From Podarcis vaucheri (lineage: Eukaryota): a DNA stretch of 64,000 nt. The stretch's first letter is position 1, and the number at the start of each line of letters is the position of its first letter. Position numbers and translations under genes: made by a program. The stretch is from the NCBI GenBank assembly GCA_965113315.1, contig OZ220370.1; one strand, 5' to 3'. Shown here in pieces: positions 37,969 to 50,900 of the stretch. The notes under the pieces are model-generated. The model was not told the origin of the DNA. It worked only from the letters and a program-made list of their open reading frames with translations, and searched no databases.

Positions 37969-38497
37969 CAGGGCTGTCTTTAGCAGATGCGGCGCCAGGG
38001 TGCAAATATCTGCCCAGCACCCCCAAATTACCACGGATAGTGTTGGGGTGGCTGTAGCTGCGCACTGCCAGCCATTGGGGGGGCAACTCTCCCCCATGCC
38101 ACTGTGAGAGAGCAATCCCCACAGAGGCTTGGGAAGGCAGCTGTGTGCCTGCCAGCCATATGGTTGGTGGGGCGCAGCTTCCATCCTAAGCCTCTGCAGG
38201 GATCGCTCTCCTCCTGAGGAGGCTTGGGAGTGAAGCTGCGCTCTCCTCCTGCAGAGGCTTCGGAGGGGCGCAACTTCACTTCCAAGCCTCTGTGAGGACC
38301 GCTCTCCTACTGAGGAGGCTTGGGAGGGAAGCTGCATGCCCGCCAGCCTTATGGTTGGCGGGGAGCAGCTGGCGGGTATGCAGGGAAAGGGGAGGCTGCT
38401 GGCAAAGCCGCACAGCTCCTCCACTTGCTGGGGCACCCCTGAGAGGCTGGCACCCTGGCGCGACACACCACTAAGCCCTATGGGAAAGACGGCTCTG
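37969..38497. mobile_element. Non-autonomous hAT element with internal GC-rich repeats
   Basis: TIR CAGGGCTGTCTT / AAGACGGCTCTG; degenerate 8-bp TSD CATTTACC / CGTTTACA; repeated gaggcttggga(g)...gaagctgc units. Confidence 0.8.
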
Positions 38498-39963
38498 CGT
38501 TTACACACCAGCTTCATCCCTCACACTTGCCGTTTATGTTGCTCTAGTGACAGCAGTGATGGCAGGGGAAAGGTGGGAACTCTTTCTTCCCTTCTCTAAT
38601 ACCTTGCATGTTACTTAATGCTCAGTGCCAGACACACAGGATTGTGGTTTTCCAGCACTACTGACATGGGAAATGACATTTTGCAGCACTTCTTGCCTCT
38701 AGTACACAGGCATAGCTGCATGCCAGACATCAGTGAGGAGAGCAGGGGGAAAAGGGCTCGCTTCCCATGCTCTTGGTGCCTCACCAAAGCAACAACAAAG
38801 GAAAGGGAATGGGAGGAGACTTGGAGGTGTGGGTGTGGGTGAGTGGGAAGAAAGAGTGGGAGAAAAGCTTAACTTACTTTCTGGCTCAGAATTTTACCCA
38901 TGTTACAGAACTTTTAGGGTTGTAATGCTTGCTTCACATTGAACAGTATCATGTATCTGTTCTAAACTGTGCTCAGATAATGCTTGGAACGATCACTACT
39001 TGTTTTTGTCCCCCTCCCTCATTTTCAAAATTTTATTAATATAACATGACAATATGTAGCAAAAACCATTATACATCAATCACTATTTGTGACATTTGTG
39101 CCGCAGGTAGGCCTCTGGATAGTACATTATTCAAGCAAGGGAAACATTTTATTTACAAAAGGAGTAGCATTGAATATGAAGGAGCTTGCTGCCTAAGTGC
39201 ATGTGCACATGAATCTAGAAATAGGGCTTGGTGTTAGTTTATTTGTCAATTTATATTTAGCCATCATGCCAAGACTGCCTCTTATAGTAAAAGATAGTTA
39301 TTACCTGCTTTAAAAGAAATCAGACACAGAATAGCTAGCAGGCAGTAACAAAGTTAGTAAATTTAAATTCGAGATCCCTTTGACCCATGAGATCAGAATC
39401 AGTTCCACAGTCACTGTCAGCATGGACTACCTTCTGATTCATGCCTGATAGATGAAAATTTCAATAACGCTTCATTCTACCCAATCTCTCCAAAGGGGGA
39501 GTAGAATAAACCATGTTTTAATTTGAGTTAAGGATGGCTGAACACATAACAAGAGACTGAGCAACGTTAAGCCATAAGTCACCTAAGCATGGTCATCCTT
39601 AATGAGAGAGTAAATTGTTTATTCCAACCGCCTTGTGTAGCATGTTCTATTTCTATCACAATCAACTTCACTTGTACTTTAAAATTCTGAAAACCATTGC
39701 AAGTTTGGCCAATAAAGAAGCTTATTTCAATTTTTTATTAGTTTTTGCATTTCACATTCATCTAAAAAACCATCTTCAAGCCTCATAGCACTATGAAGAA
39801 ACAAAAAATAGTAAAAGTTGTCTTGTCTGAGATGCAGGATGGCTGGCGACACTCTGATATGAATTACCAAATAGTGGTAACAGGTAATGTATACTTGGGC
39901 CCAAATTGTACAATGTGAACACGTAGAAACCAGAGCTGTGTATGTGTAGCCCTTTCAAAAACA

Positions 39964-40005
39964 ACAAACAAACAAACAAACAAACAAACAAACAAACAAA
40001 CAAAC
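39964..40005. repeat. (CAAA)n microsatellite
   Basis: Read directly. Confidence 0.95.
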
Positions 40006-40039
40006 CAAACTGCAAGTTATGCCAGTCACCTGTTCAGTG

Positions 40040-40293
40040 AAGAAGAAGAAGAAGAGTTTGGATTTGATATCCCGCCTTTCACTCCCCTTCAGGAGTCTCA
40101 AAGCGGCTAACAATCTCCTTTCCCTTCCTCCCCCACAACAAACACTCTGTGAGGTGAGTGGGGCTAAGAGACTTCAAAGAAGTGTGACTGGCCCAAGGTC
40201 ACCCAGCAGCTGCATGTGGAGGAGCGGAGACGCGAACCCGGTTACCCAGATTACGTGACTACCGCTCTTAACCACTACACCACACTGGCTCTC
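40040..40293 (-). mobile_element. tRNA-derived SINE (Squam3-like) with (CTT)n tail
   Basis: Head gagagccagtgtggtgtagtggttaagagc (A box)...gggttcgcgtc (B box), CORE-like gtgaccttgggccagtcac, tail ctcttcttctt. Confidence 0.8.
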
Positions 40294-40706
40294 GCCAGTG
40301 TGGAGAAAAGAGAAGGTGGGTTGTTGAGACAGACCTCAGTTTCCACTGCCAAAAAACTGATTTGGTGTGATTTTCAGCTTATTTGAGGATTCTACACATG
40401 CACAGATACTGCTGGACTGAGGAATTGCACATCCAGCATAGAATCCCTTTAAAGATGCGTGCAGAAGCCTACTTATGTACATGTTTCACACACCCCAAAA
40501 AAACAATATCCTGAGATTTAAAAAAATGAAAAATGACTAACAGAAATCAGTAAAAATGCAGCATTATTAAAAGCAATCCACAGTTAAATCCTATCAACTA
40601 TTTATGGAAGGCTTTCTGCAGTTTGTGGGGCATCATAACAGAGAAGGAAATTGCTGATACTTCCCCTACAACAAAAAAGAAATAGAAGACAGTTGGACAC
40701 CAAAAG

Positions 40707-40825
40707 TGCTGAATTCAGCGGGTCTACTCTGAATGTGACTTAGCTGGATACCATCCTCAAGAAATTATAACTTGAGGATGGTATCCAACTAAGTCACATT
40801 CAGAGTAGACCCGCTGAATTCAGCA
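40707..40825. repeat. Near-perfect inverted repeat (55-bp arms, 9-nt spacer)
   Basis: Arms 40707-40761 and 40771-40825 are reverse complements with one mismatch. Confidence 0.95.
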
Positions 40826-41612
40826 GACTTAAGCTGATTACATAGTAAAACAGCCCAAGCTGCAAAAGAAAAACAAACAAACCTTTTTTCTGAATGCTGT
40901 ATGGAAAAGCGCATGAATCCAACATTTGAAAGGGAAACTTTGGAAGGAACTTGGAAGGGCATATTTTAAAGGTCTAACAGCCTATATTTCCATGCTATAC
41001 TTTGCTGCATATTTTGTGATTTTAAACATCTGCTGGGATTTTCTCACTACTTGTCCCCAAAGTGGATCTTGGCATCCAATAATTCTTTTATACCTAGTTT
41101 TTTCCCCTTTGTACCAATAGCTTCTTCCTAACAAACTATGGTCGCTAGCCAACATGCATCCATGTAAGGCGAAACAAACTACATTCCAGTTTGGACATAA
41201 TTACAAGACAAGGCTTCATGGCTTGCTGCTCCCACTCACACCAGGGTAGGGGTGAAGTCAAAGCAATCAGATAGTATGAACTACCATGCTGCTTAACCCT
41301 GATAAGCTATTAACCATGGATTAGTATTATGTGCAAACTAGCCATATATACCTCAGCAGTTCTAAACGGCATAGGAGTGATATAGCTGTCCATGCTGAAA
41401 CCTCTAATGATTTCAAAATTCAGGTCCACTTCATATCTTATTAATAAGTCAGGATAAGCCAAAACATTGTTTAGCAAGACTGTGTGAACATGTGGACTCC
41501 TAGAAATGTCTAAACCATGCTTATAATTAAGCTCTCTTCAGACTAACCACAAGCTGCAGCCAATAACAAACCTTTGGTTGGAGCTTGTGTTTAGTCTGGA
41601 CAGTGCTCAACC

Positions 41613-41869
41613 TAGGCTTGCCATACGTCAGGAAAATAACCGACATGTCCTGGTTTTTGAGTGTAAAAATGGCATCGGGGGAATTTTGCCAAATCAGTAA
41701 AATGTCAAGGAAAACCCAGGTGTATGTCAACGTGATGGAAAGAAAAAGCAGCAGAAACAGCTCCAAAAACTCAGCCATTTGGGTTTGTTAAAAAAAAGAG
41801 AGAAAAGAAAAGCTCAACAACATTGCGGCAAGTATCAGAAATTTTACTTTTTGAGATATGGCAACTCTA
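41613..41869. mobile_element. Non-autonomous hAT element
   Basis: TIR TAGGCTTGCCATA / TATGGCAACTCTA; 8-bp TSD GCTCAACC / GCTTAACC. Confidence 0.82.
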
Positions 41870-44589
41870 GCTTAACCACGAGCCTGGATTCAGATGACAT
41901 GCTAAGCCAAATCTTCTCATAACTCCACACAGAAGCAAAAAAAGTGGCTTCAGATCCTCTCCATTAGCCCACACTTTTACACTAAACCACTGTTTGGGTT
42001 AGTGAAATATGAATCAAGCTATTATATTTTAGGTCACTTTTCAAGTGTACCCCTAAAGTTATAAAATATGAATGTCACAAACATGTTTACAAATATGAAC
42101 ATAATATAGGTACATGTGTCTGGGATCCATCATTATCTACAGCTCCCTATTCATAAGCAAAACTGGGTTTGCCTCTGTGTAATATGTGAAATGCTCCAGA
42201 GACCTGGGGGCTCTTGAGATAAATATTTCCAAATTCTGGAGATGGAAAAAATTCATCAGCATAACATAAATATTTGTTCCCCTCAATTTTAATACCTGCC
42301 CAACTGTTTTTGTGTGTGTGGGGGGGTGGCTTCTATGTTCACCTGTTATGTGAAGAATTTGTAAAGAAGGGATTGGATTAATGATTTGGTTTTTCTGCAA
42401 GTCCCCCCCCCCCCAGTTGGAGGTTTATGTGAGGATTCTAAGAGCAGACAAATTAAAGGCAGTATTAAATGCTGAAGTGGAAATCTTACAAAAATGGAAA
42501 AGGAAACAAATAGGAATAATGTGTATCTTGTTCCCAATTCTTCTTGATTTTTCTTTTATATATGTAACTACAGGGTCCTTTCCTCACTTGTTTCTTTGTG
42601 TCTTAAAATTATTTCTTCTTTCACTGTGTGCAGCCACTTCCTTGGTATCCACACTACATTTTTCATTCACCTTTCTTTTCTTTTATGAACATGAAATAGC
42701 CAGGCCAACACAACTGATTTCACCTATTGGTTTGATTATGCTATCCTTGTTAAGTCACTTAACTGTATCCCAAGTGCTTTTGCAACATTTTAAAGTATTT
42801 TCCTTTCATGTTGCTGTATCCCTGCTTCAGATTACTGATACAAACAATGCACCAACATTTGTGTTTGTTTTAAAGCAAAAGCTGCCTCAGGAGGCTGCAA
42901 TTCTGAACACAGAAACAATAAAACCTTGCTTAGTCCTTTGTCCATTGACAGTGCACACCCTGGTCCTACCCCACCCACAGCCACCATCAAATCATCCATA
43001 GAAATGATTTCCTTAGCAAGGTTCTCTTAGAAATATGATCTGGAAACTTGTTCTTGCAGACCTGGAGGTTGCCATTACCTTTAAAAAATGTTTTTTGGGA
43101 AAAGAACCATCAACCATGTCTTTTCTTCACTGTCTTTCTGAGTCACCAGCTTTTGCCTCAGGCCAACAGAAAATTTGTAGCATGTAATCTTGATTTATCA
43201 TTAAATATTTTGTTTAGANNNNNNNNNNNNNNNNNNNNNNNNNNNNNNNNNNNNNNNNNNNNNNNNNNNNNNNNNNNNNNNNNNNNNNNNNNNNNNNNNN
43301 NNNNNNNNNNNNNNNNNNNNNNNNNNNNNNNNNNNNNNNNNNNNNNNNNNNNNGGTAGGTGAATTTAATTTCTTGAACCCTTTCAAATGAATCTCTCACA
43401 CAAATACTGGAGCCAGTTTCATTTTCTTGGCCTCCACAGGCTCAGTGTATCACACTTCATTCAGGGTTTACCCCAGGCAGCATGGTGACCTACTCAGAAA
43501 GCTTTGACAATCCTCTATTTGGAAATTGCAGCTCTAGGCACAGAAGAGTGTACAAAACTCCAGCACTGGTTGGACATTCAAAGTCATGTCATTACAATTA
43601 CATGAAGCTAGAGTGAGGCTGTGGCTGCTCTAGCACAGGCACACACACTGAGGGCATAACTGTAGACGAGAGGCAGCTTTCCAAAGAGTTAGCCATCCCT
43701 TGTTCATCAGAGCTAAGAGCTAAATGGCACCTTAAACCTAGGTTATGGGTGCAAGAAGAGAATGTCTAGGCACACTTTTTTATAACAAGAATTCAAAGCT
43801 GAAAATGAATGAACTGCAGCTAAAATATTATGTTCATTTTTCACATGGTCTAGTCCTTCCTCTGCCCACACCCTTAATACTCCTAACGGGGTCTCTTCTC
43901 CAGTCTTCAGAAAGCAGCTGGAAGTGGGGAGGCAGAAAAATGTCCTCCTTTCCTTCCATCCCGCAGTTTTATTCTGAAATCTTAGGCGCAGTACCACACC
44001 CCGAGTTCAGAAATTGCTCACGCTAATGAATTTTCCTGTTGCAAAGTGTGCCGAGAACAACGGGAGTTTCGAACTCTGCTTGTCATGATGTGGAACCCTG
44101 TGCAATCAGGGAACCATGTCATGGAGAGAGCCTAGGCACACAGAGCTGGCTCCTCACAACAGATGTGCCCTCCCAGGGAATGGGCAGCAGCAGTGTGAGG
44201 GGCTGGCAGAGATGTGATGGCAGAGATGGGCCCACTCCCCAACTCTATATACTGCTAGCTAGACTTGGAAGAGTGTGCCCAGCTTCACAGACATATAACA
44301 GGCTGTATTTATTCATTGTATTGCAACACACTATTTTTATTTGTTATAGCTATTTAGCTAGGATTGGTTCCTAAAGTGCCCTATGACTAAAATCCACAGG
44401 AAGGATTTTTACTATGGATTTTTGCTACCATATTATTACTGATATGTTAGTGTGGTAGGGGCAGTCTCCTCTGGTTCCTGGCAGTTAGTGATAAACTCTG
44501 AATTCCAGGAGGGAGTGGAATCAGAGTTTAGGTGATGCTGGTAACAGATGCCAACCCACAGAAGTTTTCTGGCCCCTCAGTGTGTTATT

Positions 44590-44758
44590 TACTATTCATT
44601 TTATTTCTATATTTATTTATCCTTCCTTTCTTCCAACATGGAATTCCAAGTGGCATAAATGGGGGTTTCCAGACAGCCTCCCATCCAGGAACTGACCAGA
44701 CCCCGACCTGGAACTGCTTTAGCTTTAGCAAGGTGACCGAACTACGTGCCCTGAGGCT
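44590..44758 (-). mobile_element. 5S rRNA-derived SINE-like remnant
   Basis: Minus strand aagctaaagcag..ggtcggggtctggtcagttcctggatgggaggctgtctggaaa resembles the 5S internal control region, followed by an A-rich tail. Confidence 0.6.
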
Positions 44759-46415
44759 ATGCTCTTGTACGTACATATGAGTCGGACAGGTAGGATGTAT
44801 TATACTAACACTATTTACAGTGATGAACAATTCAAAAATTTCTTGGCAAGTTGTCTGCTGTACATTTTCCTTTTAGGAAGTTTAATAGGTTTTTTGTTTT
44901 TTTAAAAAAAACCCCACTTGTGAACTGGATATACAAGTTTTCACTTTCCCTATTAGTCAGATTCTTGCTGATTGTACTGTCTCACCATTACTTCAGGTTT
45001 GTACAGAAAATTCACATCACAGTGTCCTTGAGAAAACACTGTCTTTGATCGTAGTGTCTGAGGTCTGACATCATGGAGAGCTGTGCTTTAAAGAACATGA
45101 ACGCTTCTCTCCTCTCTGTCTGTGAAGGGAGCAAGCTGGTACGTGATCAGAAATTATGCAGTCCTGATTTATCTCCTTAATTTGCTCTATTGAAACACTG
45201 CATATATTGCACCCCAAATCCCATCTTAAGTTTATCCAAGTCTCATAGGAATTCTAAAAGTAATGTTTGTTCCTTTGTTATGGCTGGTTATCCATTTCCC
45301 TCTGAGGCTTCTTAAAAAAAAAAAAAAAGTCTGCTGTCTCAGCCATTACTTTCTCCAGCCTCCCCCTCCAGCCTCCCCCTGATCAGTCAGCTTCTGTTAA
45401 TCTTGGCAGGGTTTATTTGAGCTAAATCAGTTATCTCCCTTCCAATGACACAGCAAGAGATATATGCTACTAGAAATATTTGGAGCCATCTTCCTGAAAA
45501 TGTTCCAGGGTAACAAATAACTTAGCTGCAAATCCAATGCCAAGAAATACTTTTTTGTTCTTTAAAATGACTCCTAGTTTTAAGAACCAGTGACAGAGAT
45601 TATTATTATTTATTGAACAGCTGACAGCATTTCTATGGGGCGTTTCCGCTATGTTTTTGCATATTTGATTACTTTTGATATTTGATTACTCTGCATGGAT
45701 TGTGCCAACCATAAACTGTGGTGCTATTTTGAAGTTAGGGATTTATTATGCCACTGTGACTGCTGTTTCTCCTGATGACCTCCAATGACTATTGCCAAAG
45801 GGTACTGGTTGTTTGGGGGAAAGCTTCAGGGTTGGGGCTGTTATTTTGAATCTGAAGTTTATCTATTCTAGGCGATGTGGATATATGGTGGCCAGAGGAC
45901 AATATTTAATTTATTAAGTCCAAAACAGTTGGATGGCACCTTGTACACCTCCTTCCAGCAGCTCTTGCAGGCAAGCTGGTGCCAAACGTATAGGTCTGCT
46001 TTCCTTTGGACCACATCAGTGAGGCCGAGGGAGGGGTTGTTGACGGGGCAGCCCAGGACCGCTATACATACTGCCCAGGCTTGCACCCAGAGGAGTGCTG
46101 CTAACACAGCAGTTTGACTTCATCCTGGAGGCACATTCCATTGTCTCTTGAGACAGACAGATGCCAACATATAGTAATCATCTTACCAGCTTGCGCCAAC
46201 TTTTTATGCGCAAATTTCCAAATATCTTCCAGTAAATTTTCACAGAACTCAGGCCCTGTTTGATAACTTATACAATTAATAATCAACACAATCAGCACAT
46301 CTTGGCTGGTTTGATGGTCAGTGCAAAGCGGCTAAGAAAGTTCTGGCTAAGGCAATTAGGGATTCACATAAGAATCCATCAGAGGAATCCATGGAAAATT
46401 TGATTAAACTTAGAT

Positions 46416-46995
46416 TGGCTGAGACCCTATCTGCCTGCGGACTGCCTCGCCAGAGTGGTGCATGCTCTGGTTATCTCCTGCTTGGATTACTGCAATGCGC
46501 TCTACGTGGGGCTACCTTTGAAGGTGACCCAGAAACTACAACTAATCCAGAACGCAGCAGCTAGACTGGTGATTGGGAGCGGCCGCAGAGAGCACATAAC
46601 ACCGGTCTTGAAAGACCTACCTTGGCTCCCAGTATGTTTCCGAGCACAATTCAAAGTGTTGGTGCTGACCTTTAAAGCCCTAAACGGCCTTGGTCCAGTA
46701 TATCTGAAGGAGCGTCTCCCCCCCCATCGTTCTACCCGGACACTGAGGTCCAGCACCGAGGGCCTTCTGGCGGTTCTCTCACTGCGAGAAGCCAAGTTAC
46801 AGGGAACCAGGCAGAGGGCCTTCTCGGTAGTGGCGCCTTCCCACTACAACTACCAGGCTTTTAGAAGACATCTGAAGGCAGCCCTGTTTCGGGAAGCTTT
46901 TAATGTTTGATGTATTATAGTATTTTAATATTCTTTTGGAAGCCACCCAGAGTGGCCGGGGAAGCCCAGCCAGATGGGCGGGGTATAAATAATAA

Positions 46996-47062
<67 letters not shown>
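46416..47062 (+). mobile_element. L2-clade LINE 3' fragment with (ATT)n/(GTT)n tail
   Basis: VHALVISCLDYCNALYVGLP...LQLIQNAAARLV...HITPVLKDLPWLPV..RAQFKVLVLTFKALNGLGP is the L2 ORF2 C-terminus, followed by 3'UTR and microsatellite tail. Confidence 0.92.
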
Positions 47063-47063
<1 letters not shown>

Positions 47064-47854
47064 CTGCTCAAAAACAAGAAAGCGGAATATATTAAACCCA
47101 ATGTCAGGAATTGGGACTAGCAGTAATGGAACAGAGGAAAGACAAAATCTGGGAAATGGGTTGTAGCCCTGAGCTCCTCAGGAAAAAATACAAGATACAT
47201 ATATGATTCATAGATAAAATTTATCTCTATGTTTTTTGGTCTACTAGGTAGAGACACATCTCTAAACACTGCACAGCTCACACAAAGAGTACAAAATAGG
47301 AGCAGCAGATAATCCAGGTGGGTTCAGTGGATGATCATAGTGAGGTATTTCATATATACAAGAACTGTGTCAAAATGCTTGTGATAGGTTGCCGGTCACA
47401 TCTCCCACTTTCAGTCCCACAATAATCACCTTACTACTTGACTTATTATGACATATTTATAATACTTGACCTCAGAAGGCAGATGTTGTCTCACATGGTT
47501 CTTTCTCTACACAGAAAAGCAGCCTTCAAATTAATATGTTTGGCAGAAGGCCATCCATTTGATACAGAGTGTTATAGTTCAATAATAAGGGATACTGGCA
47601 GCAAACTAAACAGCAAGCTAAGGTAAGCTGAAGGATCTGAATGTGCTTAGTGAGTTCTTTTTGGCTTGTTTGTTTTACTCCCCCTCTTCACTTGAACAGC
47701 AGGCCTCCATTCAGCTCCATTTCAAAGTTTTGCCTTGTGAGATGGAAGGCAACAAGCATAAGTATGCTGCATAGGGATGAGCAGGGCGGCAAAATGGGGA
47801 AGTGGGAGCATTCAAGTGGGTCCTTAGAGGTTAAAGGAACCTCTAAATATATAT

Positions 47855-47992
47855 AGGAATCATGAAATCATAGAATTGTAGAGATCTAGTCCAGTCCCCT
47901 GAAATGCAAGAATATTTTGCCCAACATGGGGCTCAAACCAATGACCCTAAAATTAAGAAAGTCATATTCTACTTGAATGATCTACCAACTGA
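47855..47992 (-). mobile_element. Decayed tRNA-Lys-like SINE with CR1-type 3' tail
   Basis: Minus strand ...tcttaattttagggtcattggtttgagccccatgttgggc resembles the tRNA-Lys 3' half; ends in ggactagat..attctatgatt (CR1 tail). A related tail lies at 27633-27706. Confidence 0.6.
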
Positions 47993-50900
47993 ACTATGAG
48001 AAACTTGCCTTTTCTTTTTAAAGCAAGCTCAACAGTCTCCAATCCCAGTAGGGCTGAGGTCTGTACCAGGGGATATTTAGGTACTTAAAGGTTTGGAGGG
48101 CATGGACCCCTTGACACAAATTTGCATAAGAGCAGCATATGCTAATGTGTATAGATGCAAATTTAGAATTTAAATGTCAGAGAAGGCAAGTCAGCCTATT
48201 TCCTATCCAAATCGCCCTGTGTAAATTCTTCAATTAATTTGCACCCTACCCAGAGCCCCTAAAATGAGTCCTCCTTCAATTCTTTTACCCCCAATTAATT
48301 TCCCAACATATCTTTATCAAAATCAGTTAAATTCCCTTTCAATTTACCCTCAAATTATCTCTCTAAACACATTTATTCTTCCAAATTAATATCCTACCCA
48401 AATTGACCCTTTACAATTCCATTTCCCCCAAAATCATTACCCACACAGAAACACTTGGGGCACTTAGAAAAAGATTTGGAGCTCAAGCCCCATGAACCCA
48501 ACTCTAGTGGAGCCCCTGGTCTGGACATGCATGTTGCCCACTTACTGCCAGTGAATGTTGCCAGCATGGGAGCAGCTATTGCCTCCAAGACCAATTTCCT
48601 TCCAACAGGAATCTTTAAACAGAGAGGAGGACCCTTTCTGTATGTGTTGTGGGGAAAACACAACTGGCTTGCAAGAACATGCATCTTCAAACCCAATTCC
48701 CTCTCCCCTCACACTTGTACCCAAACCAAACAGGAGAATGGGTCTCCAAAGCCCCTCATCTCAAGCAAGTGCCAGGCGCTCCCCTTCCTTAATTAATATT
48801 TGATTATGGTGCCTATAAAGCGCAGTGAGCATACACAGACTGCAGCTAGGATTTCAACCATACTTATATCTCATAACTACACACAGATAAACAAAGCCTG
48901 CCCCTTGGAAAACAGAGTGGCAAAACTTGATTGAACTTTAGAATGATAAAAATGATTAAAATAGCTTTATTGGTCATCGACAATTATATGCCTTCATGCA
49001 ACGGACTTTGCAGGAAGTCTAACTTGACAAGTATCAATATCTAGCTTTTTAAAAAATATAAAAAAGCACTCTAGTGAAGTCCATTGTGTGAGGGACCCTT
49101 TCAGACAACTAAGTTCTGCTCAGTGGTGAAAGAGGCAAAGAATTACAGAGTTCTGGGTAAACGTGTAAACCATTGTCTTGAAGTATCCAACCTGATTTCC
49201 ACTGCACAGTCACTGTAACTATCAATATGTGAGACATTAAAAAAGAGCTCATGCACCCAGGCAAATGGTAGTGAGCTGCAAAAACAGGTGGGAGGAAGAG
49301 GTATCATAGTCCTTTCTTGCTAAGACTTCCTAGTGAACCAAGATTAGTAGAAAAACCTAAAGAGCCCTTTCAAACACCCAACTTTTCCCATTTGCTGAGA
49401 GGCAAAGGTGATACCACTTGCCTGGAGAGAGCTATTTCATTTTTCTCAGTTTATTGGGAAAGTGTGGAAACAAAGTAAATTTTTATTCCAATTCTTTCAA
49501 TTCACAGCTCTAAAATGTAATTGAAAATGCAAAGGAAATTATCATCTTTAAAACCAGTCACCAAGAAAACCATAAGCTGTAATGCAAGGAAGAGTTTCTG
49601 CCACTAGGACACTGATGACTGGTTGCTAGTCAAATAAGGGGGAAAGCTGAAGTTGATGCTTTATTATTACCTCGAGCAAGCCATATAAACATTACAATCT
49701 CCATATATGCATCTTAGCATTTGCCTCTTCATTCAGCAACTGAGAGTTAACGCAGAAGCCCAATTAAGAAGTAACAAAATCATGGTCTGTCAATACATGC
49801 ATGATCCTCATAACTCTACTTTATCCCTTACTCCTTTGTGTGTAACAAGATTTAGCTTTGATTCACAGTTTGTAACAAACTGCGGTTTCCTATTTCATCT
49901 GAACACAAGAGACTCTTGTTTATAGAAATAATTAGGTAACAAATCAGGATATTGAAACAAAGCATAGTGTGCTATCTTGGTTTGTTAACAAATTGTGGTT
50001 TGAATGAACCACAGTTTCTCATATTCAGACAAAACAGGAAACTGCTGCTTGTTACAAACTGCAAATGGAAACTTTAAATCTCCTCCCCTTGTGTGTAAAG
50101 CAGAGAGGGGAGGGGGCAAATCATGCATGTTATATTCAGCACTTTACAGGGTATAAAGCTGTACTTCTTTATACAATTCTTAGGATTAAATTCCTCTAAA
50201 CTCTGAAAGTTTATGATTTCTTTCTTATGGAAAAATATATTTTCCATAGTTTTTAGAACAAACATTTACATTTTATGGGTGAAAAGTATATCTTACTTTA
50301 CTACTGATTCTCTAGAACTAGCATATTGGTATGATCTATATAATGCATTTGAAATGTAATAAATGTTGGCTATGGTCTTGCATCCATTGAAGGATTTCAT
50401 TTTGAGACAGACCATCATGAAAGGTATTATAGTTTCAAATATGTGCACTTGTTTTGCAGCAGTGATAACAATATTATCTTATTTTAGGGCTGCAATGCAA
50501 AAGAGACATAAAATTACTACTTCCAGAGAGCAACTTGAGAATCATAATTCAGGCTTTTAGCTTTTTACCCTTTCTCTTTAGTGAGAGTTTAAAGTTTGCA
50601 AATAGGGCAAATCCCAAAGCATCTGCATGCAATAGTTTTAAGTAGTGCATTAGGAACAAAAGTGTAATTTTAAGCAAATCAGGAAGACAGTTATCAAATT
50701 ATGCTAAAGGCCTGATACAGCCCCCATTAAAGTAAATGGGAGTCTGCAGCAGGATGTTAATCAGTCTTTAAGAGCAGGTGTGTTAATTCTATGTTACTTC
50801 ATTATAGAGTACTAAGCAGATGTCTATGCCACTTAACTATTTACCTCTCAGAAAGAAACTAGTCTCTTTTAAAAAGAACCATATTCATAAGTATCCCTTA

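Noticed and set aside
37822-38517. 231-aa ORF
   Set aside because: Lies within a GC-rich non-autonomous hAT element; no transposase motifs.
42381-43001. 206-aa hydrophobic ORF
   Set aside because: T-rich composition explains the Phe/Leu content; no motif or splice support; antisense within an intron.
47915-47992. Possible tRNA-Lys gene
   Set aside because: Too degenerate to fold and joined to a CR1-type tail; it is a SINE head. The same applies to the 5S-like sequence at 44.7 kb, which is not an rRNA gene.
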